Assembly: GCA_964472625.1 (NCBI GenBank)
Contig: CAYYLM010000004.1
Coordinates: 27,422-91,421 of the forward strand
Length of the DNA stretch: 64,000 nucleotides
Reading direction: 5' to 3'
Origin: an uncultured Dehalococcoidales bacterium
GTDB taxonomy: Bacteria > Chloroflexota > Dehalococcoidia > Dehalococcoidales > UBA5760
Part shown: positions 10,426 to 22,843 of the stretch, in pieces
Position numbering within the stretch: the stretch's first letter is position 1
How the letters are laid out: every line of letters starts with the position of its first letter
Position numbers and translations under genes: made by a program
The notes under the pieces: generated by a model
Seen by the model: the letters and a program-made list of their open reading frames with translations, nothing else
Databases searched by the model: none
What the model was told of the DNA's origin: nothing

Positions 10426-10920
10426 TTGACCTTTAGCCTGTGTTATTATTGTCCCGTGGAGATTAATGTCCTGATTGATGACGGGCTGGAGACGCATCTG
10501 GATGTTGGCTGGCTACAGCGCATCGGAGAACAAGTCCTTACCCTACAGCATGCCGACCCTGAAGCTGAGCTTGGCCTGGTCATCATCAGCCAGGAAAGGG
10601 TGCAGGAGCTAAACCGGAAGTACTTAGGTAGGGACGCACCTACCGATGTCCTCGCCTTTCCCATGCTACCCGCTGAGGAAGGGCCAGCTTCTTTTGTCCC
10701 ACCCCCCGACGGAATACCCCACCTCGGTGAAGTCATTATCTCCTACCCTCAAGCGGTGACACAGGCTGAGGAAGAGGGCCACTCTACTGATAAAGAAGTA
10801 GCCATTCTTGCAATTCACGGGGTGCTCCACCTCCTGGGATATGGTGATGAAACGCCGGAACTTAAGAAGCAGATGCAAGCCAGGGAACAGAAAATCCTGG
10901 GGAGCCTCGGGATAGACTGA
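10426..10920 (+). CDS. ybeY: Endoribonuclease YbeY (rRNA maturation factor)
   Basis: Contains the HGVLHLLGYGD zinc-binding motif and TDVLAFPM. The true start may be the in-frame GTG at 10456. Confidence 0.85.
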   Translation: MTFSLCYYCPVEINVLIDDGLETHLDVGWLQRIGEQVLTLQHADPEAELGLVIISQERVQELNRKYLGRDAPTDVLAFPMLPAEEGPASFVPPPDGIPHLGEVIISYPQAVTQAEEEGHSTDKEVAILAIHGVLHLLGYGDETPELKKQMQAREQKILGSLGID

Positions 10921-10941
10921 CCCCGAGAGAGGTATGAAGCT

Positions 10942-12096
10942 ATGTCTCGCAAGCTCATAGTTAAGGGTCTAGAACCATTTATCGGAAAGCACTGTGAAAC
11001 CACCGCCCTAAAAAGGGTACTGGATTATCACGGGCTTTCTCTATCGGAGGAGATGCTCTTGGGTTTGGGTGGGGGAATCGGCTTTATCTACTGGTATATG
11101 AAAATGATGCCCGCCCCCTTTGTTGGGAGTCGCTCGGGAAAAGACACCGACTTTGCTAGCAATATCTGTCGCCGAATTGGCGCTGAGGTGACCATTATGG
11201 AAACGGCCAGCGCCAAGAAGGGCTATGCGGAGTTAAAGGCGCTACTCAGCGCCGGTGAACCGGCGGTTGTCTACGGGGATATGGCCTATCTACCCTATTT
11301 CGCCCTGCCTGAGGTAGCTCACTTTGGTGGCCACGTATTTGTCGTCTTCGGTCTCGACGAGGAAACCAATAAAGTCCATATCTACGACCGGTCGCAGAAT
11401 CCGGTAACGGTGAGCATAGATGACCTGGCTCGGGCGCGAGGCTCAAAGTTCCCTCCCTTTCCCCCCAAGCACCGGCTGCTCAAGATAAGATACCCCTCAA
11501 GGCTTGAGGATCTTGAGGCAGGCATCAGGGAAAGTATTCGGGAATGCTGCCAAGGTATGCTCAAGCCCCCCATTAGCAACCTGGGGCTTAAGGGAATGGA
11601 AAAGTGGTCAAAGCTAGTGATGAAGTGGCCCAAACAGTTCACGGGCCTGAATCTACTGGGCGCTCTAATGAATGGCTTTATCTATATCGAGATCGGGGGT
11701 ACCGGTGGCAGCGCCTTCCGCCCCATGTATGCCAAGTTTCTGGAAGAAGCTAGCCAAGTCATTAACCAGCCAGCCCTGAACGAAGTAGCTAAATTGATGC
11801 GACAGTCGGCAGTGGTCTGGAGCCAGATTGCCTCAGGTTTACTGCCTAATTCCTGGCCCAGTCTTAAACGAATGAGAGAGCTAATGATAGAGAAGAACCG
11901 GCTATTTGAAGAGGGTGGACTGGATGCCTTAGCTGCCATGAAAAGGATTAACGAAGACCTAGACAACCTGATGGGGCAAGCCGTAAAAGACTTAGGGGAA
12001 ACACCCCCGGAATTTCTACCTCAGGTGCAGCAGAGTATTGTAGAATGCCTAAACATAGAGAGGAAGGCTTTTCAAACCCTAAGCAGCCTTCTTTAA
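10942..12096 (+). CDS. BtrH-N-like (papain/C39-like fold) plus DUF4872-like protein
   Basis: 384 aa. The N-terminus GKHCETTALKRVLDYHG ... HFGGHVFVVFG resembles the butirosin BtrH N-terminal peptidase-like family. Assignment is from memory of that family only. Confidence 0.55.
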   Translation: MSRKLIVKGLEPFIGKHCETTALKRVLDYHGLSLSEEMLLGLGGGIGFIYWYMKMMPAPFVGSRSGKDTDFASNICRRIGAEVTIMETASAKKGYAELKALLSAGEPAVVYGDMAYLPYFALPEVAHFGGHVFVVFGLDEETNKVHIYDRSQNPVTVSIDDLARARGSKFPPFPPKHRLLKIRYPSRLEDLEAGIRESIRECCQGMLKPPISNLGLKGMEKWSKLVMKWPKQFTGLNLLGALMNGFIYIEIGGTGGSAFRPMYAKFLEEASQVINQPALNEVAKLMRQSAVVWSQIASGLLPNSWPSLKRMRELMIEKNRLFEEGGLDALAAMKRINEDLDNLMGQAVKDLGETPPEFLPQVQQSIVECLNIERKAFQTLSSLL

Positions 12097-12109
12097 CTGG
12101 AGGGTTCGA

Positions 12110-12685
12110 ATGAAAGTCCTTGGAATTGCCGGTAGCCCCCGGCGGGGTGGTAATACCGACCTCCTGCTGGCTGAGGTCATGAAGGGTGCCGCTAGCTGCG
12201 GGGCGGAGGTCAAGACCATTATTCTTAACGACCTCAAGATTACCCCCTGTCAGCACTGTGACGCCTGTCTTAAGGCAGGTAGGTGCCGCATAGATGATGA
12301 CATGCAGATGATTTACCGTGAGCTTAAAGAGGCTGACCGAGTGGTCATAGCTTCTCCCATCCAATTTATGGGCCCCACAGCCCAGATGAAGCTAATGATT
12401 GACCGTTGCCAAGCACTATGGGCCAGGAAATACGTGCTTAAAATACCGCCACTGGGTACTAACCAAGAGAGGAAGGGGCTCTTTATCTCCGTTGGCGCCC
12501 TAAAAATAGCCAATCTCTTCGAGCCAGCACTAACGATAGTAAAGAGCCTGTTTAAGGTTCTGGATATTACCTACGCCGGTGAATTGGTATTTCCCGGGAT
12601 GGATAAGAAGGGAGCCATCGCTAAGCACCCTGAGGCTCTGAAACAGGCCTTTCTGGCGGGGCAGAAACTGGCAGCAGACCACTAG
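12110..12685 (+). CDS. Iron-sulfur flavoprotein / NADPH-dependent FMN reductase family
   Basis: 191 aa. Has a flavodoxin-like GSPRRGGNT start and the compact cluster motif CQHCDACLKAGRC (C-x2-C-x2-C-x5-C) characteristic of Isf proteins. Confidence 0.75.
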   Translation: MKVLGIAGSPRRGGNTDLLLAEVMKGAASCGAEVKTIILNDLKITPCQHCDACLKAGRCRIDDDMQMIYRELKEADRVVIASPIQFMGPTAQMKLMIDRCQALWARKYVLKIPPLGTNQERKGLFISVGALKIANLFEPALTIVKSLFKVLDITYAGELVFPGMDKKGAIAKHPEALKQAFLAGQKLAADH

Positions 12686-12902
12686 CCTTGCCTCCACTCC
12701 AAATCTGCCTCGATTTTAACCTATAAATAAATCGCCGTCACAGTTGAAAAGGCTGTGGTATTGGTGTAGTGTCGAATCCCGCTTTAGCCCCCTACTCCAA
12801 CCTCGATGAAAAAATAAGCTACTGAGAGCCTCCTTAGCACCATGTTTCTGTCCCCAGTAGCTTAATCCCTAGATCTGAACAGGATAAATTATGTCACACT
12901 GG

Positions 12903-14465
12903 TTATTTCTTTTTGGTCTTCTTGCCTTCGGCTTCGGCTTCGGCTTCCTCACCCAGTACAAAATGGAGAAGCTGCCGCTGCGAGGTTTGATGAGGTAGCA
13001 GCTCATGGGTAATTTTCCCCAGACGCATTACGATTATTCGGTCGGCAGCGATCATAATCTCCCTCAGGTCCGATGATAGAAGCAGGACACCCAGACCTTT
13101 CTCTCTTATCTGCTGACGCACCACCTCGTATATTTCTTCACGAGCACCGACATCAACACCACGTGTCGGCTCATCCAAAATCAAGAGTTTTGATTCGGCA
13201 GCCAGCCACTTACCAAGGACTACCTTCTGCTGGTTACCACCACTTAAGAACTTCACCAATCTGTTTGGCTCAGGAGGACGAAGCGCCACGTCCTTAATAA
13301 TGCCACGCACCAAATCTCGGGCTAACCTACCAATTATCACGAAGCCGCGGACAACCCTGTGAAAAGCCGGTAGGATGGTGTTGAAAAGTACCGATTGCTC
13401 GCTTATTATACCCTCCACCTGACGGTCCTCAGTCACAAAACCGATGCCCATTTTCTTGGCACGGGAAGGGTTAAGGGATTTGAGGTCTACTTCCTCACCA
13501 TCAAACACCATCTTGCCCGTGATGGTGATAGTCCCCGGCAGAGCACCAAAGATTGTCTTACCTAGCTCAGTTTTTCCAGCACCAATCTGCCCAGCTATGC
13601 CGACAATCTCACCTCTACCGACTTTCAGATCAACACCAGTATAAAGCACTTTCTCCTTTTCTTTCGCCTCAAGATTTTCAAGCTCAAGTATATTAGCCTT
13701 AGGCTTCTTGTACGTATCCTCACGGACAACCTCGGCGCTAACCTTCTTTCCGGTCATCTTCTCTACCAGTGTCGATAAATCCAGTTCAGAGATGTCAAAG
13801 GTGCCCACGATACGTCCGTCTCGGATAACCGTGCACCTGTCGGCGATGTCGAAGACCTCATTCAGCTTGTGAGTTATGTAAACTATAGCCACGCCCTGGG
13901 ACTTTAGCGTATTAATAAGTTCATATAAGTGCCCAATTTCATCATAGGAAAGGGCAGCCGAGGGCTCATCCATGATAAACACCACCGGGTCATAGGAGAG
14001 GGCCCGAGCAATTTCAACCTCCTGTTGGTCAGCCACCTTCAGTTCGCCCACCACAGAGGTAGGCGGAACATCACTGCCCAGACTCTTCAGAACTTCGGCA
14101 GCCCTCTCCCGAGTGTGGCCCCACCTTATCATGCCCCGCCTTGACGGCAACCGACCCATAAAGATATTCTCGGCAACGGTGAGATATTTAACTAGCCCAA
14201 ACTCCTGATAAACCATGGAAACACGGTTGCGTTGCGCCTCAGTGGGGTTGTTGAATCTAACATTTTTACCAGCGACAACATAATCGCCACTATCAGGTCG
14301 ATGCACACCCATTAAGGTCTTCATCAGCACGCTCTTACCAGCACCGTTCTGCCCGAGGAGGGCATGAACCTCACCAGCACGCACATCAAAATTCACATCA
14401 TACAGTACCTGCACCCCCCCAAAGGACTTGTTAACATTGGTCATTTTCAGGGCAACTTCGTCCAC
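12903..14465 (-). CDS. Tandem-domain ABC transporter ATP-binding protein (sugar/nucleoside CUT2-like), with no adjacent permease or binding protein
   Basis: 520 aa with two ABC cassettes (GQNGAGKS; LSGGNQQKV; ILDEPTRGVD). GTG start after AAAGGAGG. The C-terminal low-complexity tail EEAEAEAEGKKTKKK is encoded by a CTTCGG hexanucleotide run at about 12926-12947. Confidence 0.85.
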   Translation of the reverse strand: MDEVALKMTNVNKSFGGVQVLYDVNFDVRAGEVHALLGQNGAGKSVLMKTLMGVHRPDSGDYVVAGKNVRFNNPTEAQRNRVSMVYQEFGLVKYLTVAENIFMGRLPSRRGMIRWGHTRERAAEVLKSLGSDVPPTSVVGELKVADQQEVEIARALSYDPVVFIMDEPSAALSYDEIGHLYELINTLKSQGVAIVYITHKLNEVFDIADRCTVIRDGRIVGTFDISELDLSTLVEKMTGKKVSAEVVREDTYKKPKANILELENLEAKEKEKVLYTGVDLKVGRGEIVGIAGQIGAGKTELGKTIFGALPGTITITGKMVFDGEEVDLKSLNPSRAKKMGIGFVTEDRQVEGIISEQSVLFNTILPAFHRVVRGFVIIGRLARDLVRGIIKDVALRPPEPNRLVKFLSGGNQQKVVLGKWLAAESKLLILDEPTRGVDVGAREEIYEVVRQQIREKGLGVLLLSSDLREIMIAADRIIVMRLGKITHELLPHQTSQRQLLHFVLGEEAEAEAEGKKTKKK

Positions 14466-14621
14466 TTCTACCTCCTTTACCGGCTTCTGTTTAGATTAAG
14501 ACGTACAGTAACCCTTTTTAGCACCGTAAATTTATGAAGGGTATCTACCTTCTTAAATATACTATAAGCTTAAGCAGATTACAAGATATCACAGCTACGT
14601 AAAGACCGCCTGACAAGTGAC

Positions 14622-14649
14622 ATTATATTACAAAAACCACGGAAGTCAA
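14622..14649 (-). promoter_or_regulatory. Sigma-70-like promoter for the ABC ATPase gene
   Basis: The minus strand reads TTGACT - 16 nt - TATAAT, about 150 nt upstream of the GTG start. The -35 element is embedded in the palindrome GTCAAG-TG-CTTGAC. Confidence 0.4.
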
Positions 14650-14773
14650 GCACTTGACCGTCAGTTTTGCAAACATACCTAAACCCTCGTCTCTCACTAA
14701 AAGCCGCCCCTCTATCCTGAACTCAAAAGAGCCATCAAAATTAAGTAGCTAAAATTATCCCGATGGATAATCT

Positions 14774-15352
14774 CTAGTTATACTTATTCATGGCTGGTAA
14801 GAGACCTTTAGTCAGAAGGCAGAGGATGGCCTCATTCACCCGGGGTATGACTTGGGTAACAATTTGCTTTTCTTCTGGGTTGAAGTCACTGAGCACATAA
14901 GTGATTATGCCTTCGCCAGTCTCAGCATGACTCTCGACTGAAGCTGGTCGTCCAATTCCAACCCGAAGGCGGAGGAAGTCCTCGTTTCCCAGAGAAAAGA
15001 TGATAGAATCAACCCCCTTATGCCCCCCAGAGCTACCACCGCGGCGAAGGCGGATTTTCCCCAGGGGAAGGTCAAGGTCGTCGTGAATGATAAGAAGGTC
15101 ATCAAGGGCAATATCAAACCTAGTCACCAATCGACTGACCGACTGACCGCTCAGGTTCATAAAGGTCTGGGGCCTGGCTAAAATCACCCCCTCACCCGCT
15201 ACCTCTCCCGCGCCAGTTCGGGCCTTCCCCAGCTTTCTATCAAGTCGAATACCCTGCTTCCGGGCAAAGTGACTAAGGCACATAAAGCCGATGTTATGTC
15301 GGTTATGAGCATAACCCCGACCGGGATTACCCAATCCCACAATCAGTCTCAT
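14774..15352 (-). CDS. pth: Peptidyl-tRNA hydrolase
   Basis: 192 aa. Contains LIVGLGNPG..Y...RHNIGF and HDDLDLPLGK motifs. Confidence 0.95.
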   Translation of the reverse strand: MRLIVGLGNPGRGYAHNRHNIGFMCLSHFARKQGIRLDRKLGKARTGAGEVAGEGVILARPQTFMNLSGQSVSRLVTRFDIALDDLLIIHDDLDLPLGKIRLRRGGSSGGHKGVDSIIFSLGNEDFLRLRVGIGRPASVESHAETGEGIITYVLSDFNPEEKQIVTQVIPRVNEAILCLLTKGLLPAMNKYN

Positions 15353-15394
15353 CTTCTATCTCAAATTCCCGTTTTAGAATTACTTTCTCTCATC

Positions 15395-17434
<2,040 letters not shown>

Positions 17435-17584
17435 TTAAACCCCTAAGCAGCTTTTTAAAAATTATAACACATCCAAACCACCCTGATACTGCGGAAACTT
17501 GCGCCCCTTCCCTAGCATACGATAAACTATGTCGGGTAAAGGGCTATCTGGTTACCAGCGTGATTAAAGAGGAACAAGTCAAGG

Positions 17585-18898
17585 ATGGCTGAGATTCGCC
17601 CCTTTCGGGGCGTACGCTATAACGAGGCACTAGTTAATGACCTCGCCACGATTATCTGCCCTCCCTACGACATCATTACCCCACAGATAGCGCAAGAGCT
17701 TTACCAGCGTAGTGAGTATAACTTTGTCCGGCTTGAGTATGGCCACCAGCTACCACCCGGGGTAGCTACTAACGACCGGCATGCTCATTCGTTAGCTACC
17801 CTGAATGAGTGGCTTAGGCTGGGTATCCTCAAGATAGATAAGAAGCCGGCTATCTATCTCCACGACCACTACTTTACCTACCAGGGAACGGAATATAAGC
17901 GGCGTGGCATCCTCACCAGTGTCCGACTTGAGGAATGGGACAGGATGATAATTCGCCCCCATGAGGGCACGCTGGCTAAAGCTAAGGATGACCGACTTAC
18001 CCTCCTGTGGGCACTCGGAGCCAATACCAGCCCAATCCTGACCCTATTTGACGACGAAGAGGGAAAGCTCTCTTCACTGCTAACTCTTGAGACGCAAAAA
18101 CAGCCGATAATTAGCCTGAGCCACGCTACTGAGGGCAGCCACCATATCTGGGCGATTACCGAGCCTGCAGTCATCAGTCAGATAAGCGCTCAGCTAGCGC
18201 CAAAGCCGCTTTATATCGCTGACGGTCACCACCGCTACGAGAGTGCCCTTACCTATCAGCGGGAGAGACGGGCCTGCGCCGGGGCAGCCTCAGGAGATGA
18301 AGAGTTTAATTTTGTGATGATGACGCTGGTGGATTTTGCCGACCCCGGACTCATCATTCTATCACCCCACCGGCTGGTTAGGGGCTTGTCACAAGCCGCC
18401 CTTAAGGAACTGAGAGCCAAGCTGGAGTTAGTCTTTGCAGTCGACGAGCTACCCTTAAGCACACCCGATGTCTGGCAGCAAGTTGACGCTCTACTAGCCG
18501 ATGACAACGCTAGTCAGGTTAGCTTCGTTCTATTTGGCCTGTCACCGGAGCACCTCCTGATGCTTAAGCTGCGCAACCTTAATGCGGCACGCCAGATGAT
18601 GCCCTATTTTCATGGTGAGCTATACTCAAAGTTAAGTGTCAGTATCCTCGACCATGTGATACTGGAGGAGATGCTGGGACTGGGTGGTAGCGATGAGGCA
18701 TCCCTCGCCTTTAGCTACGACAAACAGGATGCAGTCAGGAAAGTAATAGACCAGGAATACCAGCTAGCCTTTCTGTTAAGCCCGGTTAAGGCAGAAACGG
18801 TTAAAGCCGTCGCTGACGGCGGGGAACGGATGCCCCGGAAATCAACCTACTTCTATCCCAAGCCGCCGGCGGGACTGGTTTTCCGCCGACTGGATTAG
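17585..18898 (+). CDS. DUF1015-family protein
   Basis: 437 aa. The N-terminus MAEIRPFRGVRYN ... ICPPYDII and the later ADGHHRYESA are characteristic of DUF1015. It is adjacent to serA, as is often seen. Confidence 0.8.
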   Translation: MAEIRPFRGVRYNEALVNDLATIICPPYDIITPQIAQELYQRSEYNFVRLEYGHQLPPGVATNDRHAHSLATLNEWLRLGILKIDKKPAIYLHDHYFTYQGTEYKRRGILTSVRLEEWDRMIIRPHEGTLAKAKDDRLTLLWALGANTSPILTLFDDEEGKLSSLLTLETQKQPIISLSHATEGSHHIWAITEPAVISQISAQLAPKPLYIADGHHRYESALTYQRERRACAGAASGDEEFNFVMMTLVDFADPGLIILSPHRLVRGLSQAALKELRAKLELVFAVDELPLSTPDVWQQVDALLADDNASQVSFVLFGLSPEHLLMLKLRNLNAARQMMPYFHGELYSKLSVSILDHVILEEMLGLGGSDEASLAFSYDKQDAVRKVIDQEYQLAFLLSPVKAETVKAVADGGERMPRKSTYFYPKPPAGLVFRRLD

Positions 18899-18915
18899 TA
18901 ACTCCGCGGGAGCTC

Positions 18916-20490
18916 CTATAGCTTTACCAGCTTGGCAGTATAGACATCAGGGATAGACAGTACCTGCTTCAGGTGCTCCTCAGACAGGGGTTCATCGAGG
19001 GACAGGACCATCAGCGCCTTCCCCCGCGGCTTGAGACGTCCCACATGCATGGAGCTAATATTGACATCAGCGTCACCGGTTACCTTGCTCACGGCACTGA
19101 TGAGACCAGGGCGGTCCCGGTGGTCACTAAACAGGAAATAGCCCCCGGTGGGCACGATATCAAGCCAGTAGTTATTAACCCGGACAATATGCAATTCACC
19201 GCGCATCACTGTGCCCGCCACGGCGGTAACCCCGCGGTTGGTGGCAACCTCAATAGTGAAGAGACTGGCATAGTTTTCACAGGTGGCTTCCTTCTGCTCC
19301 ACCACGCTTAGACCACGATGCGCGGCTATGATATTGGCGTTAACCAAGTTCACCCGTTCCTCACTCACCTCCTCCAGTATCCCCCCAAGAGTAGCCGCCT
19401 TGAGAACGTTGGTATCATAGTTGGCAACCTCACCCTCATACCTGATCTGTATGGTATTCATCTGCCCCTCGGCTAGCTGGCTAGCCAGCTTACCAGTTGT
19501 GGCCACCGCCCTGATAAAAGGTGCCAGCACGGCTAGAGCCTCTGGCGAAATAAAGGGGGCGTTAACCGCATATCTGGCTGGCTGTCCCTTGAGAACATCG
19601 ACAATCTGGGTGGCAACATCCCTAGCCACCATGACCTGAGCTTCGGTGGTGGAAGCCCCCAAGTGCGGGGTGACAATGATATTATCACTTTCAAAAAGGA
19701 CGCTGCTGGTTGCTGGTTCTTCAGGAAAGACATCAATGGCAGCACCGGCGACCCTCTTTTCCCTTATCGCCTTAACCAGCACCGGCTCATCAATTAGCCC
19801 ACCGCGCGCAGTATTAATAATATGGACTTGAGGCTTAACTAAAGAGAGTTCCTTAGCTCCGATTAGTCCCTTGGTTGATGCAGTCAGCGGAAGGTGAAGG
19901 GTGATAAAATCTGATTCCTTAAGTAACTGCTTAAAAGAAACGAGCTCTACCTGCAGGTTACGGGCATGGTCAACCGAGATGAAAGGGTCATGGGCAATGA
20001 GCTTCATTTCCAGGCCCCGTGCTCGCCGAGCCACCTCGGAACCAACACCACCCAAGCCAATAATTCCCAATGTCTTATTTCTGACCTCGGTGCCCATGAA
20101 GTCTTCTCGCCTCCATACCCCAGACCTGAGCAGAGCGTTAGCCTGGGGAATGTGACGAGCCAGGGCAAGCATGAGGGCAATCGTGTGCTCAGCCGCCGAG
20201 ATAGTGTTGCCGGTGGGGGCATTAACGACCACGATACCGCGCCGAGTGGCTGCTTCAATATCAACATTATCAGTACCAACCCCGGCTCGGGCGATAACCT
20301 GCAGGTTTTTGCCAGCCTCTATAATTTCAGCCGAAGCCTGAGTCTGGCTGCGCACCACCAGGGCGTCATAATCACTGATTACAGCCAGGATTTCCTCCGG
20401 CTCTAGCTCCAGCCTGACATCCACCTGAGCGCAGCTACTCAGAATTTCCAACCCCTCATCAGCAATAGCTTCGGTAACCAAAACCCTCAC
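18916..20490 (-). CDS. serA: D-3-phosphoglycerate dehydrogenase (long form with ASB and ACT domains)
   Basis: 524 aa. Contains the GIIGLGGVGSEVARR NAD-binding motif, a 2-hydroxyacid dehydrogenase core and a C-terminal ACT-like domain. Confidence 0.92.
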   Translation of the reverse strand: MRVLVTEAIADEGLEILSSCAQVDVRLELEPEEILAVISDYDALVVRSQTQASAEIIEAGKNLQVIARAGVGTDNVDIEAATRRGIVVVNAPTGNTISAAEHTIALMLALARHIPQANALLRSGVWRREDFMGTEVRNKTLGIIGLGGVGSEVARRARGLEMKLIAHDPFISVDHARNLQVELVSFKQLLKESDFITLHLPLTASTKGLIGAKELSLVKPQVHIINTARGGLIDEPVLVKAIREKRVAGAAIDVFPEEPATSSVLFESDNIIVTPHLGASTTEAQVMVARDVATQIVDVLKGQPARYAVNAPFISPEALAVLAPFIRAVATTGKLASQLAEGQMNTIQIRYEGEVANYDTNVLKAATLGGILEEVSEERVNLVNANIIAAHRGLSVVEQKEATCENYASLFTIEVATNRGVTAVAGTVMRGELHIVRVNNYWLDIVPTGGYFLFSDHRDRPGLISAVSKVTGDADVNISSMHVGRLKPRGKALMVLSLDEPLSEEHLKQVLSIPDVYTAKLVKL

Positions 20491-20493
20491 TGG

Positions 20494-21582
20494 CTAACTC
20501 CTGAATCCGGCCTGCGGCAGTACTACCTTCAAGGCTGATATTACCACATCAATGTCGTCCTCAGCTACCCAGCCCATGTGGCCAATGCGGAAAATCTTGC
20601 CATCCAGTCTCTGCTGCCCGCCACCAAGCACAATCTGATGCTCCTCTCTCATAATCCTGAGCATCTTTTTAACATCAATCCCATCAGCAGCACTAACGGC
20701 CGTAACCGTATTGGAAGCGCATTTCTCATCAGCAAAAAGCGGTAGCCCCAGCGATTTTACGCTATCTCGGGCCACCTTAGCCACTCTGGCATGCCGGGCA
20801 AAGATATTAGCTAATCCCTCCTCTAGCATCATCTTCAGCGATAATGATAGAGCGAACACGACAGTCATACCCGGTGTCCACGGCGTCTGACCCTTTTCCA
20901 GATAACTCTTAGCCCTGGCGAAGTCCCAGTAGAAGCGGGGCATCCTAGCCTTTTTATGCGCTCGCCATGCCTCCTCACTGACGCTAACCATGGCTAGACC
21001 CGGGGGGACCATCCACCCCTTCTGAGAAGCGGTAACTACGACATCGCAGTGCCAGTCATCGACCGGTAGATTAATCGAGCTCAGACTGCTGACTGCGTCA
21101 ACCAGCGTTAGCTTACCAGACTCCTTAACCGCAGCGCTAATCTGAGCCAGGTCATTGGTAACGCCGGTGGAGGTCTCGTTATGGGTGACCAGCACCGCCT
21201 TTATCTCCGGCGTAGCTCCAAGAACCCGACGTACTGTGTCAACATCAGCGGCTCTACCCCACTCAAACTCAAGCGGGATTACCTCGGCACCAAATTGCTG
21301 GGCAATAGTGGCAAAGCGTTCTCCAAAAACACCATTAGCTACCGAGAGCACCTTATCGCCGGGGGAGAGGGTATTCACAATCGCCGCCTCTAAGCCACCC
21401 GTCCCGGAACTGGTAAGCAGAAAAAGGTCGTTCTTGGTTTGAAATAGCTGTTTTAGCTCATCGGTCACCTCATTTATTATCTGCCCAAACTCAGGGCCGC
21501 GATGATTTATCATCTGCTTGGTCATCGCCTGGAGGACCTCATTCGGGCATGGGGTAGGTCCGGGAATGCGCAGCCGTTCCAT
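20494..21582 (-). CDS. Class V aminotransferase (serine-pyruvate / phosphoserine aminotransferase-like)
   Basis: 362 aa. Contains RGPEF, HNETSTGV and the SQKG PLP-lysine region. It lies immediately downstream of serA. Confidence 0.85.
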   Translation of the reverse strand: MERLRIPGPTPCPNEVLQAMTKQMINHRGPEFGQIINEVTDELKQLFQTKNDLFLLTSSGTGGLEAAIVNTLSPGDKVLSVANGVFGERFATIAQQFGAEVIPLEFEWGRAADVDTVRRVLGATPEIKAVLVTHNETSTGVTNDLAQISAAVKESGKLTLVDAVSSLSSINLPVDDWHCDVVVTASQKGWMVPPGLAMVSVSEEAWRAHKKARMPRFYWDFARAKSYLEKGQTPWTPGMTVVFALSLSLKMMLEEGLANIFARHARVAKVARDSVKSLGLPLFADEKCASNTVTAVSAADGIDVKKMLRIMREEHQIVLGGGQQRLDGKIFRIGHMGWVAEDDIDVVISALKVVLPQAGFRS

Positions 21583-21644
21583 TTAAGTATCTCCTTTACT
21601 AGTTTCGTCAGTATCTATTACCTTAGCAATGGTCGTAAGTAATA

Positions 21645-22841
21645 CTAAGTAGACTTAATATAACTTCGCTTACCCACCTTTATGACCATACCTTTAGAGA
21701 CAATAAAATTCACATCGGTATTTTTCTTACCATCTACTTCCACAGCACCCTGTTCAATGAGACGCTTAGCCTCACTCCGACTCTTGGCGAGCTGATTTTT
21801 TACAAGATAATCCCGAAGAGTATCGCCTGATTTGGTGCCCTCTCTTATTTCCTCCGGCACTTCTCTCTTCTGAAAGACCTTGCTAAAGTGCTCCTCAGCC
21901 TGGAGAGCTAGCTTCTGGTCGTAGAGCTGCGCTATGATTTCTCTCGCCAGCCGTTTCTTAAGCACCATCGGATTAACGGTTCTTTTGCTAAGCTGCTCGC
22001 GGAATCCCCCCAGCTCCCCATCGGGAACATCGGTCAGCAGCTCAAAGTAGTCCATAATCAGGTCATCAGTGATGGACATCACCTTGCCGTATATCTCGTT
22101 CGGCGGCTCGGCAACCCCAATATAGTTACCCAGGCTTTTACTCATCTTCTGGCTGCCGTCGGTGCCAATGAGCAGTGGTGACAGAAATACCTGCTGGGGA
22201 GGCTGCCCGACCATGGACTGAAGCTCCCTCCCCACCAGCAGGTTAAACTTCTGGTCGGTGCCACCAAATTCAACGTCAGCCTTGATAGCTACCGAATCAT
22301 AGGCTTGCAGCAATGGATAGAGTAGCTCGGTCACCGCGATGGGGCGTCCCTCCCGATAGCGGCTGCTGAAGTCCTCACGAGCCAGAAGCTGGGCGACAGT
22401 AAACCGGCTGGTGAGCCTAATCACATCCGCCAGGTCAAATTTACCGAACCACTCGCTCTGCCACCTCACCTCCGTCCGGGCGACATCAACTACCTTGAAG
22501 AACTGCTCCATATAGGTCTTAGCGTTAGCCTGAACCTCTGCCTCGGTCAGCATCGGTCGGGTGACGGAGACACCACTTGGGTCACCAATCCGACCTGTCC
22601 AGTCACCGACAATAAGAACTACCTGGTGCCCCAGTTCCTGAAACTGACGCAACTTTCTCAAGGTTACCATGTGACCGAGGTGAATGTCGGGAAAACTGGG
22701 GTCAAAGCCCTCCTTAAGCCGTAACTTCCTGCCGGAGCGCAAAAGCGCTAGCATTTCCTCCCTGACTATAACCTCAGCGACGCCTCGCCCTAGCACATAG
22801 TCAATATCTTGGTGAGACATGCCCTTACCACCAGTACCCAT
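21645..22841 (-). CDS. tyrS: Tyrosine--tRNA ligase
   Basis: 398 aa. Contains the HLGH class I motif, KMSKS and a C-terminal S4 domain. The real start may be the internal Met at 22820 (MSHQDIDY...). Confidence 0.92.
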   Translation of the reverse strand: MGTGGKGMSHQDIDYVLGRGVAEVIVREEMLALLRSGRKLRLKEGFDPSFPDIHLGHMVTLRKLRQFQELGHQVVLIVGDWTGRIGDPSGVSVTRPMLTEAEVQANAKTYMEQFFKVVDVARTEVRWQSEWFGKFDLADVIRLTSRFTVAQLLAREDFSSRYREGRPIAVTELLYPLLQAYDSVAIKADVEFGGTDQKFNLLVGRELQSMVGQPPQQVFLSPLLIGTDGSQKMSKSLGNYIGVAEPPNEIYGKVMSITDDLIMDYFELLTDVPDGELGGFREQLSKRTVNPMVLKKRLAREIIAQLYDQKLALQAEEHFSKVFQKREVPEEIREGTKSGDTLRDYLVKNQLAKSRSEAKRLIEQGAVEVDGKKNTDVNFIVSKGMVIKVGKRSYIKST

Positions 22842-22843
22842 AA

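Noticed and set aside
12755-12795. tRNA T-arm-like string GTGTCGAATCCCGC, as a possible tRNA fragment or att-site remnant.
   Set aside because: The flanking bases do not form a T-stem or an acceptor stem, so no cloverleaf can be drawn.
14466-14621. Possible riboswitch in the ~150-nt leader of the orphan ABC ATPase.
   Set aside because: I could not match it to any riboswitch consensus I know. It is kept only as a note inside the ABC finding.
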